NCBI RefSeq assembly: GCF_964213995.1
Contig: NC_135805.1
Span: 47,492,001-47,556,000, forward strand
DNA length: 64,000 nt
Direction: 5' to 3'
From: Mustelus asterias
Taxonomy: Eukaryota
Shown here in pieces: positions 62,236-64,000 of the stretch. The first letter of the stretch is position 1, and the number at the start of each line of letters is the position of its first letter. The notes below the pieces were generated by a model that saw nothing but the letters and a program-made list of their open reading frames with translations, did no database searches and was not told the DNA's origin. The position numbers and the translations under genes are program-made.

Positions 62236-63499
62236 CTGTTAAGTGGCAGACCAAGTGAAAGGAGATCATAAATTAATGATTAAAGTTGTTACCTTGCTGA
62301 AATCATGTCAAGCAGCAAACATAATGAAGCACAATTCAGTATATTGGCACAAACATTCCATTCCAGTGACGTACAATTTGTCCATCCCCTCAAAATGCAA
62401 GATCAGAAAAAATGAGGCTTTAAGTGGAGACCTATTTTGAGGTTCCTAGAGCACCACACTGCCAACACATGAAGCTGCAAGCTTAAAACTTTATATAAAA
62501 ATCTCATCCTAAATTAGCGCCAAATGGAATGGACAGGATAACATTACAAGTAATGATAGAGATTGGCAGAAATATTTAAATTGCTTTGGTATTTACAAGG
62601 GAGGTAGAACAGATTGACATGACATTGAATAAAGAAATCAGCAATGAGATAATTGCATTCAAATCAAAAGAGGGGTAATTGAATAAACCAGGCAAACTCA
62701 AAAGGATACAGCTGCTGTTCCAAATGGATTGCATCCACATATTTTAAAAGAACAAGGAAAAGATAGCATAGGCATTACTACTCGTATTTAATAATGTGTT
62801 AGAAAAATGTCTTGTGCCGGAGGACTGGCAGATAGCTAATGTAATTCAATATTTAAAGGACGTACTCTGAGAGTCATAACTCAGTCAGTTTAACATCAGG
62901 CAATGATGGTGGTAAATTTAGATGAGAAAAGATAAGAGGTTCAAGTGAAGCAAAAACTTCATCATGAACGGAAATGGGACAATGTGATCCTTAGTAAAGA
63001 ACAAGAAAAAATTTGCATTTATATAGACTTCATAGAAATCACAGAAATCCTACAGTGCAGAAAGAGGCCATTCGGCCTATCAAGTCTGCACCGACCACAA
63101 TCCCACCCAGGCCCTATCCCCACATATTTACCCGCTAATCCCTCTAATCTACGCATCCCAGGATACTAAGGGACAATTTAGCATGGCCAATTAACCTAAC
63201 CCGCACATCTTTGGACTGTGGGAGGAAACCTGAGCACCCGGAGGAAACCCACGCAGACACAGGAAGAATGTGCAAACTCCACACAGACAAGCCGGGAATC
63301 GAACCCAGGTCTCTGGAGCTGTGAAGCAGCAGTGCTAACCACTGTGCTACCATGCCACCCCTCTTTCATAAGACTCTTTCATAATCACCAGACATCGCAA
63401 AGAACTTTACAGCCAAAGTAACTGAAGCAGCTAATTGGCACACAGCCAGCTCCCACAAACATCAATCTGATAAATGACCAGTGCTGATGTTGACTGATC

Positions 63500-63855
63500 C
63501 CATCCATTGACTCTATCTACACTTCCTGCTGCCTCAGCAAAGCAGCCAGCATAATTAAGGATCCCAAGCACCCCGGACATTCTCCCTTCTACTTTCTTCT
63601 GTTGGGAAAAAGTTACAAAAGTCTGAGGTCATGTACCAACTGACTCAAGAACAACTTCTTCCCTGCTGCCATCAGAGTTTGAATGGATCTACCCTGCATT
63701 AAGTTGATCTTTCTCTACACCCTAGCTATGACTGTAACTACATTCTGCACTCTCGTTTCCTTCTCTATGAATGGTATGCTTTGTCTGTTTAGCACGCAAG
63801 AAACAATACTTTTCACTATGTTAATACACGTGACAATAAATCAAATCACAATCAA
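63500..63855 (+). mobile_element. Rex1/Babar-like LINE 3' end (further copies at 33545-33795 and split across 40320-40655)
   Basis: Translates IDSIYTSCCLSKAASIIKDPKHPGHS...LKNNFFPAAIR; tail aaacaatacttttcact...gtgacaataaatcaaatca. Confidence 0.8.
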
Positions 63856-64000
63856 AGAGTGATTAAAACTGAGCAAGGACTCTAGAGATTACACTCCTCT
63901 CTGAAATAGTGCTGAGACATCTTTAAAACTCACCCAAGGGAGAAAATTGGAGTCACAGAGCTTTACAGCACAGAAATAGGCCCTTCAGGCTATCATATCC

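Larger units (their letters stand above)
3345..63359. mobile_element. HE1-like tRNA-derived SINEs with CR1-type tail; dispersed copies approx. 3345-3650+, 4700-5028-, 17266-17590+, 25619-25950+, 26739-26987+, 28272-28582+, 38025-38337-, 38822-39152+, 43816-43999+, 46660-46919-, 49924-50215+, 60947-61258+, 63031-63359-
   Basis: Shared A/B-box head, core tgcgtgggtttcctccgggtgctccggtttcctcccacagtccaaagatgtg, tail atgggccgaatggcctccttctgcactgtagggattctatg. Confidence 0.9.

Noticed and set aside
965-63421. Many 60-110 aa ORFs with recurring text such as STAASQ.QGPGFDS, VSSHSPK and MANAPN
   Set aside because: They are translations of SINE copies, not a gene family
1-64000. CRISPR array or regular tandem repeat-spacer system
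   Set aside because: No regularly spaced direct repeats were seen; the repeats are dispersed retroelements

Overview
Eukaryotic genomic DNA, very likely shark/elasmobranch because it is dominated by HE1-type tRNA-derived SINEs and CR1/HER1-like LINEs. The whole window lies inside one minus-strand gene, midasin (MDN1/Rea1, the giant AAA-ATPase of pre-60S ribosome maturation). I traced 38 consecutive internal coding exons (62235 down to 92) by hand. Their splice phases are all compatible and give one open frame of about 2408 codons covering AAA modules D4-D6 and much of the linker; both gene ends lie outside the window. One intron has a non-canonical GC donor and one acceptor is a NAGNAG. Introns hold CR1 LINE fragments, Rex1/Babar remnants, at least three SINE families, short palindromic MITE-like elements and Penelope-like elements. 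The most interesting signal is a set of minimal hammerhead-ribozyme motifs in the Penelope-like termini, with visible stem-I covariation; three copies are in the sense of the MDN1 pre-mRNA. Also notable are a structured duplicated intron segment beside a decayed exon copy, and a SINE that occurs with two alternative 3' tails. Repeat boundaries are approximate, and family names come from recalled motifs, not database searches.
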